NCBI GenBank assembly: GCA_964016885.1
Contig: OZ024750.1
Span: 15,686,001 to 15,750,000, forward strand
Direction of reading: 5' to 3'
Length of the DNA stretch: 64,000 nucleotides
Source of the DNA: Eledone cirrhosa
Taxonomy: Eukaryota
A program made the translations under genes and the position numbers. Below are positions 26,804 through 39,263 of this stretch, piece after piece; position 1 is the stretch's first letter; each line of letters begins with the position of its first letter. Under the pieces are notes generated by a model. That model worked only from the letters and a program-made list of their open reading frames with translations, did no database searches and was not told the DNA's origin.

Positions 26804-28557
26804 ACCTACAAGTAAGGATTAGACTTCTACTAAATTTAAGTAACCCTACTGAGTCTGAGTGGTTTCATTGCAAAATTGGCCAGTTTACACCGATTATTAC
26901 TCAAAGATGGAAGTGACCTTAGAACAATGTCAAACAGCATCATATCAATAAAACATTTAACCAATCGGCCAAAAATTTCAAATGCTGTGAAGAACTAATA
27001 GATAGGAAATATCAAAGAGTATTTTTAATTCTTGTTTAATGTCCAGTTGGAATTTCCAACCATTTTTACGTCGACCGGGTTTTTTTAGGCAATGTTTTTA
27101 CAGCCGGATGCCCTTCCCAACACCAACCTTTTTAGTTACTTCTTATCACATGCAGGGACATAGTGCCACTATTCTTAATCGGATACACAGCAATATGCAG
27201 TATGAATGCACACAAATATATTCTTTTATGATTTAGTCTGAGAAGGAGTCGTATTACATACAGCTTTTTAAAAAAAATTCTTTGATTATTGAAATAAAAA
27301 CAGCTACTGATCAGAGCGAACATGACTGAAAGAAAAACATAGCTAAGGAGGGGAATTAGTGCTGTGTGGGGTTTAAGGGCTATGTATGACAGAGAAGGGA
27401 TGGTAGGAGGAAGAAAGACAGGGGACTCAATCAGCTAGTTCAAAGGAACAGGGGCAGTTGTAGAAAAAGAGAAAAAAAAAAAAACAGGCCGATCGGCAGG
27501 CAGGTAATTGAAGGTTTATATAACAAGTGGATATTGACCTTTTTTTTTTTCTTTTAGGTATAGTCCAATATGTGTGTATAATGAAAACACCGTCCCGGTT
27601 GTATGAGCAGTGTACTCCAATATAAATCAAATTTAACTTTATAATAGGATCTGGCAGGTGTATTATTTTGTAGTCCCAAAAGTGTTGCAACCTTGGTTAT
27701 ATCGTGTGTAATATATGAAGTTAACATTTGCAGAGAATGTGCAAGTTTTAACTTAGTTAATCGTGAGTAGTAAGAGTGCAGCGTTGTCATCACGTAAATT
27801 AATACAAATAATAAATAGACTGATACAATTAACATTTGAAGTCGAATTGGAAATATTTACTACACACACACAAAAGTATTACATTTTTTTTTTCTTTGGG
27901 AGAAAAAGAAGTAAGTATGTGTGATGGAGTTAAAAGATTATGATATGATCCTAAATGAAATAAAAGAGACTGTTTAAAAAAAAATAAAACAAACGAAGCG
28001 ATTTCCAGAAATATGGAAGAAAAAGTACAATAAAAAAAAAGGTGTAGGAAGAGAAGTGTAATCTATAGACAGAAGAAAGAATGAAGACGGTAGTGAGAAG
28101 GTGAGAGGAGTTAGAGGAATAAGACAGCAATAATGAGAGAAAATTAGTGAGGAATAGTGTAAGTTGGCTGTTGAGTGAATATAAATTGATCAAGTGAAGG
28201 GGAGATATCACTCAAGATATAAACCTGTGTAATTGAGAACACGTGTCAAATCCACTCACGTGCCAAAGTACATAAGCTCTCTCTGTGAATTATCAACTTC
28301 ACAACAGAGAACTTGCTTACTTGCGACTGAAATACTAATAAAAATAATAATAATACAAAAAAAAAAAACAACAACAACGGATGAAAGACTAAATGGAAAC
28401 ACGGGTTTCTTGAATCATAAATTGTTACTTTTTCTGCATGTATGCGAGTCAGTGTGTGAGTATGTGAGTCAGTGTGTGTGTGTGTGTCAGAGAGGAGAGA
28501 GAAAGAGTGAGTGAGTGAGGGCAGGTTACCTTCTGTATGTGGTAGTAGGATGATTAC

Positions 28558-28590
28558 CTTGCATACGTGGTTGTATAATTCTACATACAT
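28558..28590 (-). CDS. Candidate first coding segment of HR4 (MYVELYNHVCK)
   Basis: ATG at 28590, 11 codons, then an AAG|GTAATC phase-0 donor compatible with the downstream exons. No homology support. Confidence 0.3.
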
Positions 28591-29103
28591 GTGTTTTGTT
28601 GCACATGTGTCTTATGAATTTATTGCTTTTTAAAATTCTCCTCACTTCTTTTTTCTTCACTCATTCTATCTCTATCTCATCTATTTGACACGTGAATCCA
28701 TGCTTTATGTGGGAGTTTGAAGTTATAACAATTCGCACGCACACACACACACACACACGCATACATATTTGTGTGTACACACACGCACACATATATATAT
28801 ATTTATATTGTAAGTCGCTTATTGCGATCAATTTGAGACAAAAACTTTTCCATAACTATTTGTGATTATAATAAACGGATTCAATTGCATATGTATGTGT
28901 GTGTATAATATATATATATATATATTATATATATAATATATTTATATATATATACGTTAACCTTGGTCTTCCTCTTCCAGTGTGTCTATGTTGATGCCCA
29001 AAGGACATACACTGGTCTGTTGGAGACGCAGGACATGGCAGCGATAATGAGGGACAGAGACCGCTGGAGAGAACTCGTCCATGGATCTCGGGAATTTTAC
29101 CCG

Positions 29104-29171
<68 letters not shown>

Positions 29172-29175
<4 letters not shown>

Positions 29176-29312
29176 GTTTCTACTTTAAGCACAAGGCCAG
29201 CAATTACCCAGTACATTACTGGTACTTTATTTTATCCACCCCGTAAGGATGAAAGGCAAAGTTAACCTCGGCGGGATTTGAACTCAGACTGTAAAGGGAC
29301 GTAACTATGCTA
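29172..29312 (-). mobile_element. SINE family A short variant, truncated
   Basis: Shared core sequence. Confidence 0.8.
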
Positions 29313-29459
29313 GAAAGTATTAATAGTTGAGAAAATCGAATAAAGTACCTTTGGAGATAAAATGTCCCTCTAGTTACCTCAGTCAGACCCATAAGTGTGT
29401 TTTCTTTTTTTTTTTTTAATGGTTTGATCTGAAATATTGGGGAGGAGATGGATACTCAC

Positions 29460-29547
29460 CAAGCGTTTCTAAGGCCCTAAGGGACACAATAAAACGTCTA
29501 GAGTGACACCCAACGACTGGCTGCACCAGTTACTGGAACTTGCTTGA
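29460..29547 (-). other. Candidate non-coding 5' exon of HR4 (or the 3' part of a longer first exon)
   Basis: Strong donor TTG|GTGAGTA at 29459. A CAG acceptor follows a (CT)n tract. There is an in-frame stop just before the donor in phase 0. Confidence 0.4.
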
Positions 29548-29566
29548 CTGATGTAGGGAAAGCATG

Positions 29567-29619
<53 letters not shown>

Positions 29620-29620
<1 letters not shown>

Positions 29621-30780
29621 TTAGTGCAGGGCTCTGGGGTGATCTCGTCGCCAAAAGAGGTGAACATTGGATGACACTGCTCCTCCCATACATTTTAATG
29701 GTGTTGTCCTCAGATTTACGGTGATATGCTTATACAGAAACTTCGCCTTGGAATTATAGCGAATTGTGTACCTTGCCCAGAATGTTCTGAAGTCACCCCC
29801 CGTCTCCGTCTCTTCCCTTCCCTAGCACAAAAGTCTGGCGACATCTCTTCCGTAGGGCGATAGAGCGAACATCGAGCACTAGAAAGTAAAATTATACAGT
29901 CTCTCTCGCTTACAGTAAGGAGCTGTATCATATCTTGGTATACATTTCAGATGAGCTGGAGAGGCATTCCACTGTCAAACTAAAGACATTGGCAACAGAG
30001 TATGGTACGACCGATAGTCTATTTAACTAACTGTAACTAAAAATATGCCCAATTGAACATTACTGATCTGGAATATTGATAAAGAGGTACTTTTTAAACC
30101 TCCCAGATACACTTTAATTCTTAGCAAAATATGCTGCATCCCCCCACCCCCCCGTCCGCCACCAATCTCCGCCAAAAAATTCACCGCTCACACGACAGAA
30201 CAACATGACTAAATTCTCGTGTCCAAGTTCACGTGACTTTTCTGCCTGTAGGGGATAAAATCGGACATTCAACCCAACCGTGTGTCTGTAGACGAAAACT
30301 TTAAAACATTTTATTTAATCTTAAATCTGTAATGGGACAGTTGAGAGAAATTTTGTTTGTTTGTGTTTGTGTACAAATTCGGAATACTGAAGTTGAAAGA
30401 TATTTCAATGTGTACTTTCGTTTAAATAAAGTTAAATATTTTAGGTCCTTCCCTTCACAAAAAATACCCCCCTCCCTCAAAAAAAGAAGCACCCGCCCCC
30501 TCTCAAATATATACATCCACCACTTGAATCAACACAAACGGACGTATGCACTCTTACGCAATCAAATTTCACGCACTATAAATCTACAGCTTTGCTCTTT
30601 TTTTTTTTCTTCTTTTTTTTTAATGAAACGTGAGACCTGTTTAGAGAGAAGACAAGCTGCGATCTTGCTAAACGTGATCCGCCTGCCAGTGTCTGAACCT
30701 AATATCATATCAGCTACAGTAGTCAGGCAGTGCTGGCGCACCAGAACTCGTGCAAAGGAACGTGACATCATTCTCTATCT
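29620..30780 (-). promoter_or_regulatory. CpG-rich putative HR4 promoter region
   Basis: Unique sequence with visibly more CpG than the gene body. It has GC-box-like C runs at 30140-30160, CCAAT at 30162, an E2F-like CCGCCAAAA at 30169 and CACGTG at 30230. Confidence 0.4.
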
Positions 30781-30882
30781 CTCTCTCTTCCTTCTTTTCT
30801 TTCTAAATTCTCTCTATATCTCTCCTTGTCTCTCTCTCTCTCTCTCTCTCTTCCTTCTTTTCTTTCTAATTTCTCTCTCTCC

Positions 30883-30915
<33 letters not shown>

Positions 30916-31045
30916 TGATGTTCCACTTCGACACACATAAATTCTCTTCTTCGTCATAGTTGTTGTTTTTTTATTGTTTCTATGTTCATCTTTAGTTCAC
31001 CCAACAGTACACTGACCCCAGATTTTAACCATTTTATTGTATACT

Positions 31046-31091
<46 letters not shown>

Positions 31092-31099
31092 ATATATAT

Positions 31100-31248
31100 A
31101 ACTGTTTCTACTTTTGGCACAAGGCCAGCAATTACCCAGTGTATTACTGGTACTTTATTTTATCGACCCCATAAGGATGAAAGGCAAAGTTAACCTCGGC
31201 GGGATTTGAACTTAGAATGGCAAGGGCCGTAACTATGCGTCAAAGCAT
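31100..31248 (-). mobile_element. SINE family A short variant, truncated
   Basis: Shared core sequence. Confidence 0.8.
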
Positions 31249-31253
31249 ATATA

Positions 31254-31416
31254 TAACGAAGGAAGTGTGGTAAGGAACCAGGTGGACCATAACGCACCAG
31301 AGTACTCAATACTTAGGGTAGTAGAGTGGGTAATAGGAACGAGTAGGACCCCGACGGCTGAGCTCAAGCCGTTTCGACGAAACGGCTTGAGCTCAGCCGT
31401 CGGGGTCCTACTCGTT

Positions 31417-31421
<5 letters not shown>
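31254..31421 (+). mobile_element. Unclassified hairpin-tailed repeat with a perfect 44-bp stem, embedded in (TA)n
   Basis: 31333-31376 is the exact reverse complement of 31378-31421; homologous to 11199-11379. Confidence 0.85.
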
Positions 31422-31455
<34 letters not shown>

Positions 31456-32237
31456 GACGCATCTTGAAATCCCCCAATAGTATTTTTAATAAAATACATA
31501 AGCAATATAGAACCACCTACACAGATTATATAACGAGTAAGCAAGAAGCCTGCACACGGTCGATCGATCTGCTAGAAAATGCAGCCAAATCGTTTTTAAT
31601 TACTATTCTATAAGATGGTGAGATACACGGAAAAGGAGAAAAGGAGACTTGGTGGTCACAGCTGGAATACCGGTCGGACGATAAACACTCGGCAGAGAGA
31701 GAGAGAGATAACTAGGACGATGGAAGTGGAAGAGGTCGCACTTCATCGTTCGATCGATTACTTGGGTGCCTTAGTAATGGCGCTCGACCTGGGACAACAC
31801 AACAACATTTAGCTATAATGTTGCTATTTTTTTTTTAAAGCTTAACATATCTGAGGAATGCTCAGACACTTGCACGTTAATCTCAGGAGCAGGTAGTTCT
31901 GTCGATCGAATCACCAGAACACCAGTTGTCGGCAGTACCGGATTTAGGACAAATGAAGTCCTGTGCTAGTTAAGTTATGAGGCCCCTTACTTGTACCCTG
32001 AAGGAGAGCCCGGTAAAACATTTCAAAAATTCATCGTAAAAAATGTTGGGGGTAGCAGTTGTCTTGGGTTAGTAACCCTTGCCACAGGATCTATCTCCTT
32101 CACAGCAAAGATAGGGATACGAAGAAATGCATTTGCGTAGGTACCTCTCACCCAATATGAATTTTGGATCACAGCGTGGTCGTTATTGTTGCGTTATATA
32201 TATAATAGGCTACACAGGTGACAAGAACTTTTTAGTG

Positions 32238-32287
<50 letters not shown>

Positions 32288-32808
32288 AATAGAATGAAAC
32301 GATATTTCATTTCTCACTCTTAGTACGACACTTACTTAAATGTAAGTATGTATGTATGTATACGTACATACATATATGTATACAGACGTACAGTAGTATG
32401 TATATATATATACATACATGCACAAATTTTGGTTATCGAGTTGAGCTCTGCTGAGGATCGAATTCCAACCGCGACCATCTCCACTGAAAGTTTTCGTGAA
32501 ATAGTCTTCAAGACTATACAGAGCATTTGTAGTTGTCCCAAATTGAAGGATGAGTATTTTAAACTTTATTTTATCATGAGTTAAGGCTCTATTGATTCTT
32601 CCCTGGATTTCACTAAATTCTGTTGGATGAGTCTATATCCTGATTCTTTTTGAGTTGAGTTTGAATTATTTTTCCCATATCTTACGTTAACTATTTTTCC
32701 CATTTTGACGCTATAGTCACTTATATATTATGGAATACTGTTGGCTTTTTGCTACAATATTTTCTATACCTTTCATTTATATATACATACATGCACACAT
32801 ATATATAT

Positions 32809-32970
32809 GCACGTATCGGTTTACCGAACATTTATTATGTGTCAGTGTTGAACAAAAAGGTGACCTGGTTGCCTAAACACCGTACGGCGTAATTCGGGCT
32901 TTGTTTGTTTACAAACAAACAAACAAACAAACCGAGCATTATAATAAATGTTCGGTAAACCGATACGTGC
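32809..32970. mobile_element. MITE-like element with about 30-bp perfect TIRs in (TA)n
   Basis: GCACGTATCGGTTTACCGAACATTTATTAT ... ATAATAAATGTTCGGTAAACCGATACGTGC. Confidence 0.8.
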
Positions 32971-33593
32971 ATATATATATATATATGTGTGCATGTATGT
33001 GTATATATACATACTACTGTACGTCTGTATACATATATGTATGTACGTATACATACATACTTACTTACATATATATATATATATATATAAAGTTTTTGTC
33101 ACCTGTATGACCTATTCGCCTCTATTTCTCTGACATAAATACCTAATATTTCATAGTTAAAACATGATATGGCTAATGGCTTAGTTTTCACTAAACACAA
33201 AGGCTCATGTTTCTATTCGCCGAGAAAGGTCAGCAGGCAATGAAACACTACTAACAAGAGAGTGGTTGCTAGATTTGGTAGTCTGTGGCGATAGGACATA
33301 TTTCAATAGGAAGAAATGTTATGTAATTAAGAATGCTTAAAAGTGAGCGTTTCGCAATTGGATTAAATACAGAGACTAATTTGTTTCATAATATTACTAA
33401 GTGCAGTTTATATAATAATTATATGTGCTTTATATTAACACATTTCATTAATAAGGGCAAACAAATTAGACTAATAAATGCGTGGTTTTGAGATGTACGG
33501 CAATTCTTTTTATAATACTTTTGGAAATAAGCACTAAGTAAGAATCGATAAATTCGACCATAGAAATGTTAGAAATATACGTGTGCGTGTAGC

Positions 33594-33795
33594 AGACCTG
33601 CCAATATCTAAAAACCCAAACTGGGAGCACCATGAAAAGTACCCTCCACAACGGGGAGAAATGAGGCAAAATGGGGAGATTTTACATAATGAAAGCTATA
33701 TACACATTTTCACAAGAGAAGACATTTCTCACCCACCTCAAAGTGGGCGGGAGATCTTCCCGTCGGACGGGGGGGAGTTGACATGTCTGGTGTGG
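33594..33795 (+). repeat. Unclassified interspersed repeat (second copy at about 36578-36750)
   Basis: AGAC(C/T)TGCCAA...TAAAAACCCAAAC...TTTACATAATGAAAGCTATA...CCCGTCGGACGGG is shared by both copies. Confidence 0.8.
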
Positions 33796-34714
33796 ACCCA
33801 TAACTCTTGAGTGATCCGTAGGAGCGCCATATTGACATATGGTGTATCTAGGGTATTTTCTTAAAACCTGACGGAGCCCATCTCCCCTCCAGGTCTGAAT
33901 ACAGCAGATTTCTTCCTGACGTTCTAACGGCTCTGCCAATTCCCCGCCTTGGCCACATAAATACACTCACTTAAAACACACACACACACACACACACAAT
34001 TATGAAAAGAAAAAAAATGAGACGATGTGTTACGTATGTGTATGTTTATAAAGAATACAACAAAAACAGGCCGAATGTATGACCCGGCTTTCTTCTAACG
34101 TCAGTAAGGCAAATATCAACTTCTTTCCAGATAAAATACACAGAAAAGATAATTTCTTTTGACTTGACCCAATTCCTTGGTAACTTTGACGTTTATATTT
34201 TTCATTAAAAGCTTTAACAGCATAAAATAAGTTTTCAATTTTGAATGAAAACCAGCTGATAGATCCAAAATATAATCCAAAAATAACCAAGCAATATGCA
34301 CTAGTTTGGCCAAGAGATACAATAAAGTTAATTGACTTCATATGGTAATAGTAATGGCTGCCATCTCTATTACTTTACTATTACATCTATCACCATTGCA
34401 TTGTCGCTCCAGGTAGAGTCGCTACTTCCCTGAATTGAGAGATCACAGTTCTGATATTACAGGCATGTGGTTAGAATGTTTCAGGAAAGAATCGCTGGAC
34501 AGATTTTACGGGTAAAACCAATTTAATCAGATATTAACATCAATTCCAGTAGGTTTTAAAACAATGCCAATCTTAATTATGACAAGTATATAACGAAACC
34601 AAAGTTTGTAATTTCAGTCCTGATTCTGTTTCAGTAGGGAAAGATAATATTAAAGCAACATACGAATTAACCTGAGGAACAGGTTAAAACGAAACAACTC
34701 TTTTATATAACAAT

Positions 34715-35125
34715 ATTAATAATAATAATAATGTTTTCTTTATTAACCACAAGGGTTTACAAAAGGATAACATTAAGGCCAACACAGAACGGTACAAATG
34801 GAGGTTTCTGCGTGTAAAAAAAAAACAGCATAAAACAAAAGCAAAGGATGTAACAAAAAGAAAGAAGAAAATTCCCTAATAAGGAGGAGACTTCCGAGGG
34901 TCACTCGCGGAGAAGGCCAACAAAAGCCACAGTCACCCTGTGTCCTAGCTCACTCTACAGGCATAGACTCAAAGCAGGCCAATTCACTCGGGCCATTCTC
35001 GCCTCTTTCAGTCACCTTTCAAGAAATTGCTTTGAAAGCAACACTTTCTTCTTCACCATGATTTTCAGGTGAAACCTGGAAAAGCCAATAAGAGCGTCAC
35101 CGAAGAAGAAAGTGTCCGTCTTCAA
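34715..35125 (-). mobile_element. L1/Tx1-like LINE 3' end
   Basis: Decayed frame KTDTFFFGDALIGFSRFHLKI...FLER*LKEARMARV, followed by AATAAA and an (ATT)n tail. Confidence 0.55.
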
Positions 35126-35810
35126 TATTATTAATAATGATGATGATTTCAAAGATAGGTATGTAAAGCGACGAATTGGCAGTCGTTAGAACATCAGATA
35201 AAATACTTTGCGATATTTCTTGAGACTCTCTGCACTCTGAATTCAAATCCCTCTTTTGTCGGAATCGTAGAGACGCTGTCGTGACATACGGCCTTTCTTG
35301 GGCACTTTAAACCTGACACAACACATTCTCTCTCTATGTACTTTTTCCATCAATTGCGAAAAGATGAAAGGCAAAATTGACCTCGACATAATTTGGACTG
35401 ATAGTGGAGAGAGCCAGAACGAACACCGTAAAGCATTCTACCCGATGTTCTAACAACTCTCCCAAGTCACCGAACTGAGAATGAGAATATATACAGACAA
35501 ACTGTTTAGAAAGAAACCTCCGGCTCCTTTACTCAGATTACAAATTTACATTTATACCGATAATTATTGGTAATCTTAGTTATGTTACAAAATATGTAAA
35601 TGACAATCTCGAAAAGCTTAGGTTTTTACGTAAAGAAATTGACACTCTTACAAGCCTTTTACAAATACAATTTATAAGCAGAGCAATAACACTAAGAAAG
35701 ATCTGTCTAAATTTCAACATGTGATAACATTTTTAGTATCAAAATTTCAACGATGGAGTTTTGTTTCTTTATTAGAAAACCGGATTCAAAAAACACATTT
35801 ATATATAATA

Positions 35811-36390
35811 ATTGCTTCTACTTTTGGCACAAGGCCAGCAATTTTGGGAGAGGGGAAAATCGGTTAAATCGACCCCAGTGCATTATTTTATCGACCCCAT
35901 AAGGATGAAAAGCAAAGCTAACCTCGGCGGGATTTGAATTCTGAATGTAAAGGACCGTATAATGAGTAGGAACGAGTTGTTAAAATATCATCATTATGTT
36001 TATTCACGTGTGACGCGCGTTTCGCGATCGTTCAGCTCAAAGTACAATCAGTATCGATCGTGTCCAACTCTGGAATCGATAGGAAACAATGAGTCTCATG
36101 AGCTATCGATTCCGGAGTAGGGCACAATCGATACTGATTGTACCTTGATCGCGAAACGTGCGTCACACGTGAATAAACATAATGATGATATTTCGACACC
36201 TTGTTCCTACTCTTGGCAGTAACGGTAGAGGTCGGACACTATGCTTTGTATCATAGTGTTACGGCCCTTTACGGTCTGAGTTCAAATCCCGCAGAGGTTA
36301 ATTTTGCCTTTCACCCTTACGGGGTCAATAAAATAAAGTACCAGTAATGCACTGGGCAATTGCTGGCCTTGTGCCAAAAGTAGAAACAAT
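35811..36390. mobile_element. Inverted SINE A pair enclosing a palindromic element of about 250 bp (35964-36212)
   Basis: SINE (-) at 35811-35958, palindrome, SINE (+) at 36213-36390. Confidence 0.85.
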
Positions 36391-36521
36391 TATATATAAA
36401 TAAGACCGTTGTGGCTCTAATCAGTCCGCAAACACTCAGCAAAGACCCTAAACCGAATGGCAACCTGTATACATGACTTTAGCCATACCAAACCGTACTC
36501 ATGTATATGTGTATGTATGTG

Positions 36522-36578
<57 letters not shown>

Positions 36579-36982
36579 GACTTGCCAAACTCTAAAAACC
36601 CAAACGGGGAGTACCATGAAAAAAAGGGCCTCCAAACGGGGAGATTTACATAATGAAAGCTATACCCATTGTCACGAGAAAAGACATCTGTCACCCATCC
36701 CAAAGTGAGTGGGAGATCGCCCCGTCGGACGGGAAGAGTTGATAGGTCTTATGTATATATATATATATATATACAAAAAAAAAAAAACCCTGGAAATAAT
36801 ACCAAATAATATTCAGGTAAAATAAGTTCCCTAAAATAGTGTTGTCATTTAATTAACTAGATCAAGGGCAGACCTTTACGAAGTTTAAAGAACAATATTG
36901 GCATTTTCATCGATCGAGGACCAATAAGAAGCCAAGTCGATCTCTGTGGGGTCAGAAGTTAGAAAATACAAGGATGAAACTA

Positions 36983-37688
36983 ATCCTAGCCCCAGCGTTT
37001 TTGCTAACACAACGACCCCACTTCCATTTTTTTTTTTCCAAATTTAATAAACTGATTAAAATATATATAAACCAACCCTAACCCCAGTGTTTTTTAACAC
37101 GACGATCCTCACCTTCCATTTTTTTCCAAATTTGATAAACTGATTAAAATATATATAAACCAACCCTAACCCCAGTGTTTTTTAACACGACGGTCCTCAC
37201 CTTCCATTTTTTTCCAAATTTGATAAACTGATTAAAATATATATAAACCAACCCTAACCCCAGTGTTTTTTAACACGACGATCCTCACCTTCCATTTTTT
37301 TCCAAATTTGATAAACTGATTAAAATATATATAAACCAACCCTAACCCCAGTGTTTTTTAACACGACGATCCTCACCTTCCATTTTTTTCCAAATTTGAT
37401 AAACTGATTAAAATATATATAAACCAACCCTAACCCCAGTGTTTTTTAACACGACGATCCTCACCTTCCATTTTTTTCCAAATTTGATAAACTGATTAAA
37501 ATATATATAAACCAACCCTAACCCCAGTGTTTTTTAACACGACGATCCTCACCTTCCATTTTTTTCCAAATTTGATAAACTGATTAAAATATATATAAAC
37601 TAACCCTAACCCCAATGTTTTTGCTAACACGATCCCACGTTCCACTTTTCCCCAAAATTTGATAAACTGATTAAAATATATATAAATT
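36983..37688. repeat. 88-bp tandem repeat, about 8 copies
   Basis: ACCAACCCTAACCCC recurs at 37071, 37159, 37247, 37335, 37423, 37511 and (variant) 37599. Confidence 0.96.
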
Positions 37689-38235
37689 AAATTCGAAACG
37701 ATTTTTGCTTTAAAGTATGTCCAAAGCTTTTCATTATTATTGTTGTTTAATATAAAATTGATTTAAAAAGAGAGACCTACCATAAAACATGCATTTTCCA
37801 TTAAATCCTTTTCACGTACGATTCAAAACAGTTCCTACACTTTCGAACTGTTCGCGAATACAAAGTATGTGAGATTAAATCCATATAATTTCACGGCCAA
37901 TTATCTACTTTCAGAATAAATATTGAAAGAAAGAAAACAATTGCTCCTCCCCTTCGACTAGTTTAGGTATGTGTGTATGAGTAAAAAAAAAAAAAAAAAG
38001 AAAGTAAGTAAAAATTAAACAATGTATTGTTTTCATATTTTTTCGTTCTTTCTCTTTTCCTCTTTCCCCTTACTCATACTCTTCCGTTTATATACATTAC
38101 ACAAGCAGCAGTACAACCACAACAGTAAAGTTTCTACCGGTAAAACAAGTAAACAAATAAACGACCCTCCCACCATCACAAAACCACCACGCAACAACAA
38201 CAACAACAACAACAACAATAACAACAATAACAACA

Positions 38236-38452
38236 ATGATTTCTAGTATAGGCACAAGGCCAGTAATTTGAGTGGAGGGGAAAGTCGATTAAATCGACTT
38301 CAGTACGTTACGGGTACTTTTAATTTATCGACCCCCGTAAGGATGAAAGTCAAAGTTAACCTCGGCGGAATTTGAACTCAGACAGTAAAGGGCCATAACT
38401 CTATGCTGCAAATCATGATATCTGATGCTCTACCGATACTGCCAACCCACCA
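38236..38452 (-). mobile_element. SINE family A copy
   Basis: Shared core sequence; adjoins (AAC)n. Confidence 0.85.
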
Positions 38453-39085
38453 AAAAAAAATAAATAATAATAATAAAATAAGAATAAAAAACAAAAAATA
38501 AAGAAAAATTTTAAATAAAAAAAAATAGTGAAATAAATAATTTATTCATTCATGAAATAGATTCCCAAATAAAAGTGATGAAAATAAAGGAAAGGTTCTT
38601 ATGTAATATTCATTTCATAGAAAGACATTGGCAAAGAATTGTTATAAATTTGAAAACACGCCCATTTGGTATTGGATAGTGCGTAGGACAAGGTCACGTG
38701 CAGTGATGTTATTTCGTAACAGTCACTAAATAGTGAAACCGAAAAACATAAGAGGGGGGGGGGTGTACTATATAAATATAAATATATACCCGCCAACCAC
38801 TCCTAGCTCCCTCACATTTCAATGCTTTTTGAATATATGTTTTTATTGTCCAAAATCCAGGACACCGATAAAAAGGCATATGCAGATTAGAAATAAAAAT
38901 AATGATAAAAAAAGATTAAAAAAAGAATCCTAAACAAAACAAGATAAGTTTTTATATCACAAAAAAAAAAAAAAAAAGCTATTAAGTATTGACATCGAAA
39001 GAGTACAAAATCCAAAATATCTGATTATTTCAATAGATTGTTGTAGAGGATAATGAGATAATGAGATAACATGTAATAAAATCAC

Positions 39086-39263
39086 GTGTCTATGTAAATA
39101 TGTATATGTGTGTAAAGATTGACCTTAAAAAACTAAAACTTCACATCAGAGATGACAAAGGACTGCCAGGGTTGGTGTCTATGTAAATATGTATGTGTGT
39201 ATGTATGTGAAGATTGACCTTAAAAAAAAACTAAAACCTCACATCAGAAATGACAAAGGACTG
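39086..39263. repeat. Tandem duplication of about 85 bp
   Basis: GTGTCTATGTAAATATGTAT...AAGATTGACCTTAAAAAA...TGACAAAGGACTG occurs twice. Confidence 0.9.

Noticed and set aside
30332-30940. 202-aa plus-strand ORF
   Set aside because: It has no recognisable domain, runs through T and (CT)n tracts, and overlaps the putative promoter.
31233-31544. Identical peptide GTSRTPTAELKPFRRNGLSSAVGVLLVPI on both strands
   Set aside because: It is a consequence of the DNA palindrome, not evidence of coding.
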